A DNA stretch of 54,469 bases from NCBI GenBank assembly GCA_005239955.1, contig SBAW01000040.1:1-54469 (forward strand), read 5' to 3'. This DNA is from a bacterium (GTDB taxonomy: Bacteria; Patescibacteriota; Minisyncoccia; Phycocordibacterales; SBAW01). This document shows, piece by piece, positions 31,850 to 40,710 of this stretch (position 1 is its first letter; the number at the start of each line of letters is the position of its first letter). The notes under the pieces are model-generated. The model searched no databases. It was not told the origin of the DNA and saw only the letters and a list, made by a program, of their open reading frames with translations. The translations under genes were made by a program, and so were the position numbers.

Positions 31850-31878
31850 ACTATACCCCATGAGATAGACGCCGACAA
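31850..31878 (-). promoter_or_regulatory. Promoter TTGTCG-N17-TATAGT, 6 nt upstream of the rpmF ATG (leaderless geometry)
   Basis: The minus strand reads TTGTCGgcgtctatctcatggggTATAGTccttccATG. Confidence 0.6.
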
Positions 31879-32000
31879 GCTGGTAAAGAATGGTTATGCG
31901 ATACAGAATCCGTCGACGATTTTTACAAGAATATTTCAGTTTATCTCACGGGATAGAGCAAATAGGCTTCAAGCGGGCAAACAAGAAACGTAAGTCATTC

Positions 32001-32030
32001 TTGACCAACCCACGACCTTTCGTTAAGAAT
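32001..32030 (+). promoter_or_regulatory. Sigma70-like promoter TTGACC-N17-TAAGAAT for the GNAT gene
   Basis: -35 at 32001-32006 and -10 at 32024-32030. The leader contains GAAGGAGG 7 nt before the ATG. Confidence 0.55.
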
Positions 32031-32057
32031 GCGATCTAGGAAGAAGGAGGTCACGTC

Positions 32058-32615
32058 ATGATTATCAAAGAGGGCCGGCGTGTGCTGCTGGCAACCATGG
32101 AGGAGGACTATCTCCCTCTCCATGTGAAGTACCTCAATGATCCCCAAGTAAATCGCTATATTGCGTCTCGCCCACCCTTTTCGCTCGAACAACAGCGAGA
32201 ATGGCTCGCCGGGAAGCAGGCGGCGCAAGACCTCGTGCATGCCATCTTGCTGAAAGATGCGATCCCCGCCTTCATCGGCGTCATGGAGCTCGGCTCGATC
32301 GATCGCACCACCGGCACTGCGATTTCAGCTTCGATCATTGGCGCCCGCTCCCTCTGGGGACAAGGAATCGCGCGTGAGGCACGGCTTATGCAACTTCACA
32401 TCGCGTTCCGTGAGCTTGGTCTCATTGCCGTCTTAAGCAAGACGGTGCGGCCAAATGTGCGGAGCCGACGATTTCTTGAAAGCGTCGGCTACGAGATCTA
32501 TCATGTGGCCCAAGATGCCCGAACCATCGAAGGCACACCGCAAGATGAACTTTGGTACTGTGTGACACCGGAGAGATGGCTCCCGCATTGGGAACGTTAC
32601 CGTGCCGGATCATGA
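32058..32615 (+). CDS. GNAT-family N-acetyltransferase (RimJ/RimL-like)
   Basis: 185 aa with YLNDPQVNRYI and an acetyl-CoA loop LWGQGIAREA. It has a strong SD. Confidence 0.78.
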   Translation: MIIKEGRRVLLATMEEDYLPLHVKYLNDPQVNRYIASRPPFSLEQQREWLAGKQAAQDLVHAILLKDAIPAFIGVMELGSIDRTTGTAISASIIGARSLWGQGIAREARLMQLHIAFRELGLIAVLSKTVRPNVRSRRFLESVGYEIYHVAQDARTIEGTPQDELWYCVTPERWLPHWERYRAGS

Positions 32616-32616
32616 G

Positions 32617-32651
32617 AAAGGCCGCCAATCGAATCTTGATCGGCGGCCTTT
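32617..32651. terminator. 10-bp GC-rich hairpin between the convergent GNAT and nucleotidyltransferase genes
   Basis: AAAGGCCGCC (32617-32626) pairs with GGCGGCCTTT (32642-32651). The flanking A and T runs are short. Confidence 0.5.
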
Positions 32652-32685
32652 GTACGACCGAGATGCTTGCAGGCACGTGTGGACT

Positions 32686-33429
32686 CTACCGGCCCGACCG
32701 TCCGGAGAGCGCCCAGCCATCGATCATAAACCCTCCCATCCGTTCATGCGCGTAGGCGGTTATGCGCCGGAGCGCCGGAAGCGATGGTTTCGCGATTGCC
32801 TGGCAGAACAGTTGCCGAAAGCGACGGTCAGGGATTCCCGCGATACCGTAGCGACGGCGAAAGTCCGCGTTAGTCATAAAGTGATGCATCCGCGCGGGAC
32901 GCGGTATCTCGCAACGTTTGTATGCGGCATACGCTGCGAGTACTTCCTGCAGAGCAGCGAAGTACGCATATGCGAAACCGGGAGTCTCGCGACGCTTTAG
33001 CTCCTCGAGATTGTCGAGCTGATCCCAGAGATAGTACTTCCGAAGCTCAACCGACTTTCGCGAGAGACGAGGCAGCGGCCGTTTGAGGAGCCGGACCGCA
33101 CGCTCCTTAAGGCGTGTCAGTGTACCGCGCCGGCCGAACAATATTGCGCCAGTCGCAAGCATTCGCGCTCGAAGACGTTTGCCCTCACGGACATCATGCT
33201 CCTCCAAGTAGCGCAGATGCGATACGGGATAGAAGGCGTATTCGATCATGACGCCATCTATGAGGATATTCCCCCGTCTCCACCTCCGTGTCTCTTCCGT
33301 GACGATGATGCAAACATCGACGTCCGACGCAGAGGTCTCGAGCCCCACCGCGTAACTGCCGACGAGCAGCGCGCCGATGACGTGGGGAGCGTTTTCCAGG
33401 GAGCGAGAAATTTCATCAAGGCTCCCCAC
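32686..33429 (-). CDS. Pol-beta-superfamily nucleotidyltransferase (aminoglycoside/lincosamide nucleotidyltransferase-like)
   Basis: The GSYAVGLETSASDVDV motif (G[SG]-x9-13-DxD) is followed by a helical C-terminal domain. The ORF track extends to 33687 but would then overlap the divergent HIT gene. The GTG at 33429 leaves 24 aa before the GS motif. The start is uncertain. Confidence 0.65.
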   Translation of the reverse strand: MGSLDEISRSLENAPHVIGALLVGSYAVGLETSASDVDVCIIVTEETRRWRRGNILIDGVMIEYAFYPVSHLRYLEEHDVREGKRLRARMLATGAILFGRRGTLTRLKERAVRLLKRPLPRLSRKSVELRKYYLWDQLDNLEELKRRETPGFAYAYFAALQEVLAAYAAYKRCEIPRPARMHHFMTNADFRRRYGIAGIPDRRFRQLFCQAIAKPSLPALRRITAYAHERMGGFMIDGWALSGRSGR

Positions 33430-33561
33430 TGGCTCGTTCTTTTTTCCATGTGAACCTCTTGTGGAAGATGTTAAGGTGGCGCTTCTGCGGAGAGCAAAAC
33501 ATGAAACGGTGCCACTGTCACTAAGGGGCGACCAACGAACACTTTGTGCTAGAATCCGCGC

Positions 33562-34050
33562 ATGGCAGGCGACAACCACATCTATCATCGTCTGGCGCCA
33601 TGCGGATGCCTTGATGGCTTTGTTGATCAAGACACGGATTTCCTGAAGGAATACACGCACTGGTTCTTGGCGCTTAACTGGCAGCAAGGATTCCTCGGTC
33701 GTTCGCTCCTATTCCTTAAACGGCACGCAACCGACCAAGTCGAACTCACCGACGAAGAAATGCGCGAGGAGCACCATATCTACCAAGCATGGCGACATGC
33801 GGTTGAAAAAGCTTTCCGTCCGGACAAGATCAACCAAGCCCAGCTTGGCAATGAGGAGTTCCTCCATCGCGGCCACATCCACTGGCATTTCGTCCCCCGA
33901 TATCGGCGACCGACATCGTTCGCAGGCGTCGAATTCCAGCACGACGATGCGCAGTCGCAGAAGGTCATTTACTCCGACGTCCACAAGAAAATTGTCCACC
34001 CGGCAGAGGTGCGCAAAAAGATCAAAGACGAACTGTTGCGTTATCTCTAA
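33562..34050 (+). CDS. HIT-family (histidine triad) nucleotide hydrolase/transferase
   Basis: Histidine triad HRGHIHWHFVPRY and an N-terminal C-x-C. TGCTAGAAT lies 6 nt upstream of the ATG. Confidence 0.82.
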   Translation: MAGDNHIYHRLAPCGCLDGFVDQDTDFLKEYTHWFLALNWQQGFLGRSLLFLKRHATDQVELTDEEMREEHHIYQAWRHAVEKAFRPDKINQAQLGNEEFLHRGHIHWHFVPRYRRPTSFAGVEFQHDDAQSQKVIYSDVHKKIVHPAEVRKKIKDELLRYL

Positions 34051-34072
34051 TTCACAATAGCGGGCAAACGAA

Positions 34073-34126
34073 AACGGCGTCGCCCCGGCGTTCCCCAAAA
34101 TTTGGGGAACGGTGAGCGACGCCGTT
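34073..34126. terminator. Two-tier GC-rich hairpin between the convergent HIT and 34125..34367 genes (bidirectional terminator geometry)
   Basis: Outer stem 34073-34083/34116-34126 (11 bp) and inner stem 34089-34096/34104-34111 (8 bp). An A-run precedes it and a T-run follows it. Confidence 0.6.
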
Positions 34127-34367
34127 ATTTTCCGTGGCCATTCCTCGCGCGGCCATTGCGACGTATGCCATTGCGTTGGTGCGGCGTGTCGATGAGCCCA
34201 GGAACGCCGTGCCCGTTGTACGCATCTCGCATCCGCTTCTTCCATTCCTTCGGCGGAAGAATTTCAACTTGGACGCCGGCTTTGCGGGCCAGACGGACAA
34301 AAAGATCCGTTTGACGCTCTGGGGTCCACTCACCTTCAAGTGGATTAGTCGGGAATCTGTTTTTCAT
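34125..34367 (-). CDS. Hypothetical protein, 80 aa, Arg/Gly/Asn-rich C-terminus
   Basis: The ATG at 34367 is preceded by GGGAGGCGCAC. The ORF track starts at 34403. Confidence 0.5.
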   Translation of the reverse strand: MKNRFPTNPLEGEWTPERQTDLFVRLARKAGVQVEILPPKEWKKRMRDAYNGHGVPGLIDTPHQRNGIRRNGRARNGHGK

Positions 34368-34442
34368 GTGCGCCTCCCTCGCTGCCGTGAGCGTAGCCTG
34401 CAATGGAGATGATTAAAAGCCTGCCCTGTGCACAACGCGTGT

Positions 34443-34496
34443 AAAAAGAAGAACGCCTCGGGACGATGGCCAATCGTCGCGAGGCGCCCGGCGTTC
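34443..34496 (-). terminator. GC-rich hairpin plus U-tract terminating the 34503..34853 gene
   Basis: GAACGCC (34451-34457) pairs with GGCGTTC (34490-34496), with inner helices between. On the minus strand it is followed by TTCTTTTTAC. Confidence 0.6.
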
Positions 34497-34502
34497 TGTA
34501 TT

Positions 34503-34853
34503 CTACTTTTGTTTTTCCTCTTCGAGTCGCGCTAAGAGTTGTTGCAGCACCCGCCACTTCCTCGGATCCTTAGCCGGATCAATGGCAAGGCGTTTGCAAT
34601 ACCCTTTGGGGGGCATCTGTCCGTCGTGCTGCACGATGAAGCAAAACGGATCAGGAGCGTCCCCTCCTACACTTGCGAAGCGAATGCAGCTGTCGCAAAT
34701 GAGGATGTCTTGCGGGTCCGTGTCGTAGATTCCGGCGAGAACATCCCGGATCTCCTTCACGGTCACAAGAAGGTCCTTGTTGCGCGACCGGTTAGAACTC
34801 GGGTTAGGCGCTGGAGGAGCTCGTTTAGGCTTAGCCTGAGTGCCTTGTTGCAC
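34503..34853 (-). CDS. Hypothetical protein, 116 aa, Cys-containing (CDSC...C...C)
   Basis: GTG start preceded by GAGGAG at 9 nt, with a terminator downstream. I recognised no family. Confidence 0.5.
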   Translation of the reverse strand: MQQGTQAKPKRAPPAPNPSSNRSRNKDLLVTVKEIRDVLAGIYDTDPQDILICDSCIRFASVGGDAPDPFCFIVQHDGQMPPKGYCKRLAIDPAKDPRKWRVLQQLLARLEEEKQK

Positions 34854-34945
34854 CTGTATAGTCTCCTCAGGAAATAGCAGGCCCTGAATTGAGCACGCCG
34901 CAATTACCCTACGCCTAGAAGTAGTGAGTCGTCAACTGCGTAACT

Positions 34946-35605
34946 TCATACCGGCAGGAAACTTTTGCGATGAATATCGCACGGCCCCAGCTGCCGCAAG
35001 AGCTTCATATGGAGGTCAGTCCCGTAGCCTTTGTGTTCTTCAAAGCGATACGCTGGATAACGACGCGCGAGTGTTGTCATGCGCGCGTCGCGCTTCACTT
35101 TCGCGGCGATTGATGCCATGGCAATGACGGGCACCTGCTCGTCTCCGCGAATGATGGTGCGCTGGAGTCGAAATTCGCGTGGCGCGCGAAGACCCCCATC
35201 AAGAAGGACAATCATTTCTTCAGGATGAACATTAAACGAGCGCACCGCGCGCGTAAGCGCGCGGCGAATCGCTTCTACAATTCCCAGTCGATCAATCATC
35301 TCAGCACTTGAAAATGAGACGCTGTAGCGAAGCGCAGGATGTTCCTCCATTCGCGCAAGCCACTCTTCCCGTTTCTGTGCGGAGAGCTGCTTTGAGTCTT
35401 TGAGGAGCCCGAACTTCGAAAAATCAAAATCAATGGGAGCGAGTGCAGCACCTACGGCAACGGCGCCCGCCAACGGCCCCCGCCCCGCTTCGTCAACACC
35501 AAGAATATACTTGGCTTTGTGCGCCTTTAACGGAAACAGAGGCACAGCCCTACCATAGGACTCCTTTACCAAAATTCGCCCCAGGACTTCAGTGTCGTAC
35601 CACAT
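34946..35605 (-). CDS. rnhB: Ribonuclease HII
   Basis: GVDEAGRGPLAGAV active-site motif, DSKQLS, and a length of 219 aa. Confidence 0.9.
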   Translation of the reverse strand: MWYDTEVLGRILVKESYGRAVPLFPLKAHKAKYILGVDEAGRGPLAGAVAVGAALAPIDFDFSKFGLLKDSKQLSAQKREEWLARMEEHPALRYSVSFSSAEMIDRLGIVEAIRRALTRAVRSFNVHPEEMIVLLDGGLRAPREFRLQRTIIRGDEQVPVIAMASIAAKVKRDARMTTLARRYPAYRFEEHKGYGTDLHMKLLRQLGPCDIHRKSFLPV

Positions 35606-35721
35606 TCAAATGATGCGGTGCGCTGAATTTTTATGGAGTTTTGACCGGGTGCGCGACCCGGTGATTCCCATAGAAAAACTATACCATGTAGTCCCACAAC
35701 ATAACGATATACAATGGGGAC

Positions 35722-38700
35722 ATGTCGGCTAAGTTTGTACACTTACATACTCATAGTCACTACTCCCTGCTACAAGCGCTCCCGAAAGTGCCCGAACTGG
35801 TCGCGGCAGCAAAAGCGGCCGGTATGGAGTCTTTGGCACTTACTGACAGTGGCAATCTCTACGGCGCCATCGAGTTTTACAAAGAATGTAAGGCAGAGGG
35901 TATTAAACCCATCATTGGCGTTGATGTCTATGTGGCGCCGCGCACGCGCTTTGATAAAGAACATAAAATAGACAACCGAACGACCCGGCTTGTTCTTCTT
36001 GCAAAAAATCTTCGCGGGTACCACAACTTACTCCAGCTCATTACCTCCTCCTACCTTGACGGCTTTTACTACCGCCCACGCATAGACCGCGAGCTCATGA
36101 TGCGGCATCACGAAGGACTCGTGGCGCTTATTCCTCATGTTGCGAGCGATGTTTCCCGCGCGCTCCGGAGTGGCGATGTCGGTAAAGCCAAAGAGCTTAT
36201 GGCAACCTACCGGGAAATCTACGGGAGTGACCTTTACCTTGAACTTACTCACCACCCAGAACTTGATGGTGAGCCCGGCCTTTCACGTGCCATCATCGAA
36301 CTTTCAAAAGCAGCCGACGTGCCTCTCATTGCAGCGTACGACGTCTATTACCTTAAACCGGAAGATCGCCGCGCGCGCGACACCATGGTTGAAATTTCTC
36401 TTGGCGGCGATCGTGACACTACCGGTTTTGGCGACGAAGGCCTTGATTTTTCTTTTATCTCACGCGAACAAGCAAACGAGTTTTTTAAAGACACGCCTGA
36501 GGCGCTTTCTAATACCGAAAAACTTGCGAATGAACTTAACGTCGAGCTCCCGCTCGGGAAGTGGGTGTTCCCGTCGATTGCGATACCGGAAGGTAGTACG
36601 CACGATGAGGAGCTACGAAAACTCGTCTACAGCGGCATCCCTCGTCGCGGCGTAGAGGAGACGAAAGAACTTACCGACCGCATTGAGTACGAACTCGGCA
36701 TTATTAAGGGTAAAGGATACGCACCCTACTTCCTTGTCGTCGCAGACCTCCTTCACTACGCACACGAGCACGACATTCTGACGACCATTCGCGGATCGGT
36801 TGCCGGCAGTATGGTGACCTACCTTGCCGGCATCACGAACGTCAATCCGTTTGAGTACAAGCTCCCCTTTGAGCGCTTCCTCAATCCGGAACGCCCGAGC
36901 GCCCCTGATATCGACATGGACTATGCCGACAACCGGCGCGACGAAATGATTGAGTACGCGAAGAAAACGTACGGGGAAGACAAGGTCGCCCAGATCGGAA
37001 CCTTCGGCACCATGATGGCGCGCGCGGCGGTGCGCGACGTCGCGCGCGCCCTCAAGCACCCCTATGGCGTGGGCGATCGAATCGCCAAACGCATCCCTAT
37101 AGGCTCACAGGGTTTTCCTATGACCATAGACCGGGCACTGGAGCTTGATGAGGAACTACGCGGCATGTACAAAAAAGATCCCGACGTCAAAGAGATTATT
37201 GATCTCGCAAAAAAAATTGAAGGTTGCGCCCGCCACATTTCAGTCCACGCCGCAGGAGTCGTCATGGCGCCGACACCCTTAACGGACTACACGCCGCTCC
37301 AGCCTGATCCCAAGGGTGGCAAGGTGGTGACCCAGTACGACATGTACGCGGTTGAGGATGCAGGACTTCTTAAGTTCGATTTCCTTGGCATTCGCAACCT
37401 CGCCATCCTTGCGGACGCGGTTAAAATAGTGAAAAAGCGTCGCGGCATTGATGTCGATATTGAGCGCATACCGCTTGATGACAAGAAAACCTTCGCCATG
37501 CTCGCACGTGGCGAAACTATGGGCCTCTTTCAGCTTGGCGGCTCCGGCATGACGCGGCACCTCAAAGACCTCAAGCCCTCGTCGATTCACGACATCAACG
37601 CCATGGTCGCGCTCTATCGCCCCGGCCCCATGGAGTCGATCCCCGAGTACATCGAGCGCAAACATAACCCCGCCCGCGTGACCTACCTTGACCCGCGCAT
37701 GAAAGAAATTCTCGCGCAGTCTCATGGCGTTATTACCTACCAAGATGACGTCCTTCTTATTGCGATCCATATTGCCGGCTACTCGTGGCTTGAGGCGGAC
37801 AAACTCCGCAAGGCGATGGGTAAAAAAATCCCGGCCGAAATGGAGGCACAAAAAGAAAAATTTATCGACGGCTGTGTCAGTTATGGGAAGTTAATCAAAG
37901 GGCAGGCGGAAAAAATTTGGAAACTGATTGAACCCTTTGCGGCGTACGGCTTTAACAAAGCCCACGCCGCAAGCTATGGTCGTGTTGCCTACCAAACGGC
38001 CTACATGAAAGCAAATTTTCCGGTTGAGTATATGACCGCGGTCCTTACCGCTGACTCGGGAGACATCGATAAAATTTCAGAAATTATGGTCGAGTGTAAA
38101 CGTATGGGACTTTTGGTACTGCCGCCGGACGTTAACGAGAGTTTTGGTGACTTTACGGCGATAACCGACGAAGCTGGAAAAGATGGTGTTCGATTTGGGT
38201 TGCATTCGATCAAGAATTTCGGCGAAGGCATTGCGGACATTATCCTCGAGGAACGTAAAACAAACGGCCCCTACACATCTCTCTCCGATTTCTTGCGTCG
38301 TGTGCAGCATCGCAATCTCAATAAGAAATCGCTTGAATCACTCATTAAGTGCGGCGCACTCGACTCATTGGGAGAGCGCGGCGTCCTTTTTGCTAATCTC
38401 GATACCCTTCTTGCCTTTAGCAAGGAAACGGGAAGCGCTGCCGCCGCACAAGACTCGCTTTTTGGCTCACTTCATCAAGGAGGCGATATTCGACTCGAAA
38501 AGGCATCGCCCGCGACAATGGATGAGCGCCTCACATGGGAGAAAGAACTGATTGGCCTCTATATCTCCGGACACCCATTGGAAAAACATGCGGCAAAGCT
38601 GGCGGGGCGAAGTAAAACTATTGAGCAGCTCAAATCTGAACTTAAAGAAGGAATGGTGACGGTCGCCGCCGGAATCGTTTCTAATTTTAAAGAGATCTAC

Positions 38701-38895
38701 ACCAAGAGCGGCGACCGTATGGTATTTCTTAAACTCTCCGATCTCTCCGGCGGGATTGAGGTGGTACTTTTCCCCCGCGTTTTTACGCAGTTCGGAAAAC
38801 TCGTTGCCGACGACAAATGCATCGCAGTGAAAGGCCGCATCTCGGACCGTAATGGCGAAACCTCCCTCGTTGCTGAGGCAATAAAAGAGCTATAG
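35722..38895 (+). CDS. dnaE: DNA polymerase III alpha subunit
   Basis: PHP motif FVHLHTHSHYSLL, then GLLKFDFLGIRNL and KAHAASYG, plus a C-terminal OB fold. TACAAT lies 6 nt upstream of the ATG. Confidence 0.93.
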   Translation: MSAKFVHLHTHSHYSLLQALPKVPELVAAAKAAGMESLALTDSGNLYGAIEFYKECKAEGIKPIIGVDVYVAPRTRFDKEHKIDNRTTRLVLLAKNLRGYHNLLQLITSSYLDGFYYRPRIDRELMMRHHEGLVALIPHVASDVSRALRSGDVGKAKELMATYREIYGSDLYLELTHHPELDGEPGLSRAIIELSKAADVPLIAAYDVYYLKPEDRRARDTMVEISLGGDRDTTGFGDEGLDFSFISREQANEFFKDTPEALSNTEKLANELNVELPLGKWVFPSIAIPEGSTHDEELRKLVYSGIPRRGVEETKELTDRIEYELGIIKGKGYAPYFLVVADLLHYAHEHDILTTIRGSVAGSMVTYLAGITNVNPFEYKLPFERFLNPERPSAPDIDMDYADNRRDEMIEYAKKTYGEDKVAQIGTFGTMMARAAVRDVARALKHPYGVGDRIAKRIPIGSQGFPMTIDRALELDEELRGMYKKDPDVKEIIDLAKKIEGCARHISVHAAGVVMAPTPLTDYTPLQPDPKGGKVVTQYDMYAVEDAGLLKFDFLGIRNLAILADAVKIVKKRRGIDVDIERIPLDDKKTFAMLARGETMGLFQLGGSGMTRHLKDLKPSSIHDINAMVALYRPGPMESIPEYIERKHNPARVTYLDPRMKEILAQSHGVITYQDDVLLIAIHIAGYSWLEADKLRKAMGKKIPAEMEAQKEKFIDGCVSYGKLIKGQAEKIWKLIEPFAAYGFNKAHAASYGRVAYQTAYMKANFPVEYMTAVLTADSGDIDKISEIMVECKRMGLLVLPPDVNESFGDFTAITDEAGKDGVRFGLHSIKNFGEGIADIILEERKTNGPYTSLSDFLRRVQHRNLNKKSLESLIKCGALDSLGERGVLFANLDTLLAFSKETGSAAAAQDSLFGSLHQGGDIRLEKASPATMDERLTWEKELIGLYISGHPLEKHAAKLAGRSKTIEQLKSELKEGMVTVAAGIVSNFKEIYTKSGDRMVFLKLSDLSGGIEVVLFPRVFTQFGKLVADDKCIAVKGRISDRNGETSLVAEAIKEL

Positions 38896-38905
38896 GATTA
38901 GGCGC

Positions 38906-40639
38906 ATGGCTCACATCGACCATATCCGGCACTCCCTCGCCCACCTGTTGGCTACCGCGGTCAAGGAATTTGACCCGGGGGTTAAGCTCGCCATTGGCCC
39001 CACCATTGATACGGGTTTTTATTACGACCTCGAACTCGGGAAGCCACTTTCTGAAAAAGACTTCCCCGCGCTCGAGAAGCGCATGAAAGCGCTCTTGAAA
39101 GAAAAACTTTCCTTCGAGCGCATTGACGCAACGGCGGCACAGGCGCGGGAAGAATTTAAGGATCAGCCCTACAAACTTGAACTCATTGACGAGCTCGAGA
39201 ATAAGGGCGAAAAGATTACGCTTTACCAAACCGGTACGTTTATTGACCTCTGTCGCGGTGGCCACGTGGAGAATACGAGCGAGATTGACCCAAAAAGTTT
39301 TAAGCTCGACCGCATTGCCGGAGCGTACTGGCGCGGTAGCGAAAAGAATAAAATGCTCACCCGTATTTACGGACTCGCCTTCCCTTCTGCGGAAGAGCTT
39401 GCGGGGTTTGAAGCGAAGCGTGAAGAGGCGCGTAAACGCGACCATCGAAAACTGGGTAAGGAGCTTGACCTCTTTGTATTCTCGGAACTCGTGGGGAGCG
39501 GCATGCCGCTTTTTACGCCGCGGGGCAATGCGATCCGTCGCGAAATCGTGAATTACTCGCGCGAACTCAACCAGGAACTCAGCTTTGACGAAGTGCACAC
39601 ACCAAACATCAATAAGGCGGAGCTCTTTAAAATTTCGGGTCACTACGACAAATACAAGGAGGACATGCTTAAAGTCTCTTCGCAGTATGTTGAAGACGAG
39701 ATGTTCCTCAAACCGATGAACTGTCCGCAGCACACGCAGATTTACGCTTCGCAACCGCGCAGCTACCGTGACCTCCCCATCCGCTACGCCGACTTTGCGA
39801 CACTCTATCGCGATGAGCGTCCGGGCGAACTCTCTGGCCTTACGCGCCTGCGCGCCTTTGCACAAGACGATGGGCATATTTTCTGCCGTGAAGACCAGAT
39901 TGAAGAAGAAATCGAAAAGATTCTTGGCGTCGTACAAAAGGCACTCCAGACCTACAAAATTGATTCGTGGATGCGACTCTCGCTTCGCGACCCACAAAAT
40001 AAAGAGAAATATTTGGGGGCCGACGAGGTGTGGGAAAAATCGCAGTCAATCATGCGCGGACTTCTCAAAGCAAAAAAGATTACACATAAGGAAGCCGAGG
40101 GCGAGGCGGCATTTTACGGTCCTAAAATTGACATCATGGCGGTTGATGTCCTTGGCCGCGAGTGGCAGATTTCAACCATTCAGCTCGATTTCAATCAGCC
40201 TGCACGCTTTAAGCTCGCCTATACCGACAGAGACGGGGCTGAAAAAACGCCAGTTATGATTCACCGCGCGCTTATTGGTTCCCCTGAGCGTTTTATGGGC
40301 ATCCTCATCGAGCACTACGCTGGTGCATTCCCGGTTTGGCTCGCGCCAGTCCAGGTCAAAGTACTCCCGATTGGCGAGGCACACCTTCCGTACGCGCGCG
40401 GGGTCTTTGAAGGACTGAAAGGAGCAAAACTACGGGCAGAACTCGATGAAAGCGCAGAGACCTTGGGAAAGAAAATCAGGAACGCAAAGACCGAAAAAGT
40501 CCCCTATTTCCTCGTTATTGGTGATAAGGAAGTTGAAGGCGAGACGGTAACCGTTGAGGGGCGCGAAGGACAGGTGGGCGCTATGCCACTCGAAGATTTT
40601 ATCGCCCGCGTCTGGGACGAATCAGGGAATCGTACATAG
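38906..40639 (+). CDS. thrS: Threonine--tRNA ligase lacking the N-terminal TGS domain
   Basis: It begins in the editing (SAD) domain, with HSLAHLLA and CRGGH. The class II core is YRDERPGELSGLTRLRAFAQDDGHIFC. An anticodon-binding C-terminus is present. Confidence 0.92.
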   Translation: MAHIDHIRHSLAHLLATAVKEFDPGVKLAIGPTIDTGFYYDLELGKPLSEKDFPALEKRMKALLKEKLSFERIDATAAQAREEFKDQPYKLELIDELENKGEKITLYQTGTFIDLCRGGHVENTSEIDPKSFKLDRIAGAYWRGSEKNKMLTRIYGLAFPSAEELAGFEAKREEARKRDHRKLGKELDLFVFSELVGSGMPLFTPRGNAIRREIVNYSRELNQELSFDEVHTPNINKAELFKISGHYDKYKEDMLKVSSQYVEDEMFLKPMNCPQHTQIYASQPRSYRDLPIRYADFATLYRDERPGELSGLTRLRAFAQDDGHIFCREDQIEEEIEKILGVVQKALQTYKIDSWMRLSLRDPQNKEKYLGADEVWEKSQSIMRGLLKAKKITHKEAEGEAAFYGPKIDIMAVDVLGREWQISTIQLDFNQPARFKLAYTDRDGAEKTPVMIHRALIGSPERFMGILIEHYAGAFPVWLAPVQVKVLPIGEAHLPYARGVFEGLKGAKLRAELDESAETLGKKIRNAKTEKVPYFLVIGDKEVEGETVTVEGREGQVGAMPLEDFIARVWDESGNRT

Positions 40640-40676
40640 AAGCTGTCGCGGTCACCTGCCCTAATCAATACATTTT

Positions 40677-40710
40677 ATCTAATTATTTCACCATGGTGAG
40701 ATAATTAGAT
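40677..40710. repeat. 34-bp palindrome ATCTAATTATTTCACCA|TGGTGAGATAATTAGAT (one mismatch; family 1, copy 2)
   Basis: 16 of 17 pairs around the centre at 40693/40694. It overlaps the stop codon (40705-40707) of the PaaX-like gene. Confidence 0.92.

Noticed and set aside
33430-33687. The full-length 333-aa version of the nucleotidyltransferase ORF
   Set aside because: It would overlap the divergent HIT gene start (33562) and its promoter by more than 120 nt. It would also add about 86 residues of Arg/Ser/Ala-rich sequence before the GS...DxD motif. The internal GTG at 33429 gives the usual spacing. The true start remains uncertain.
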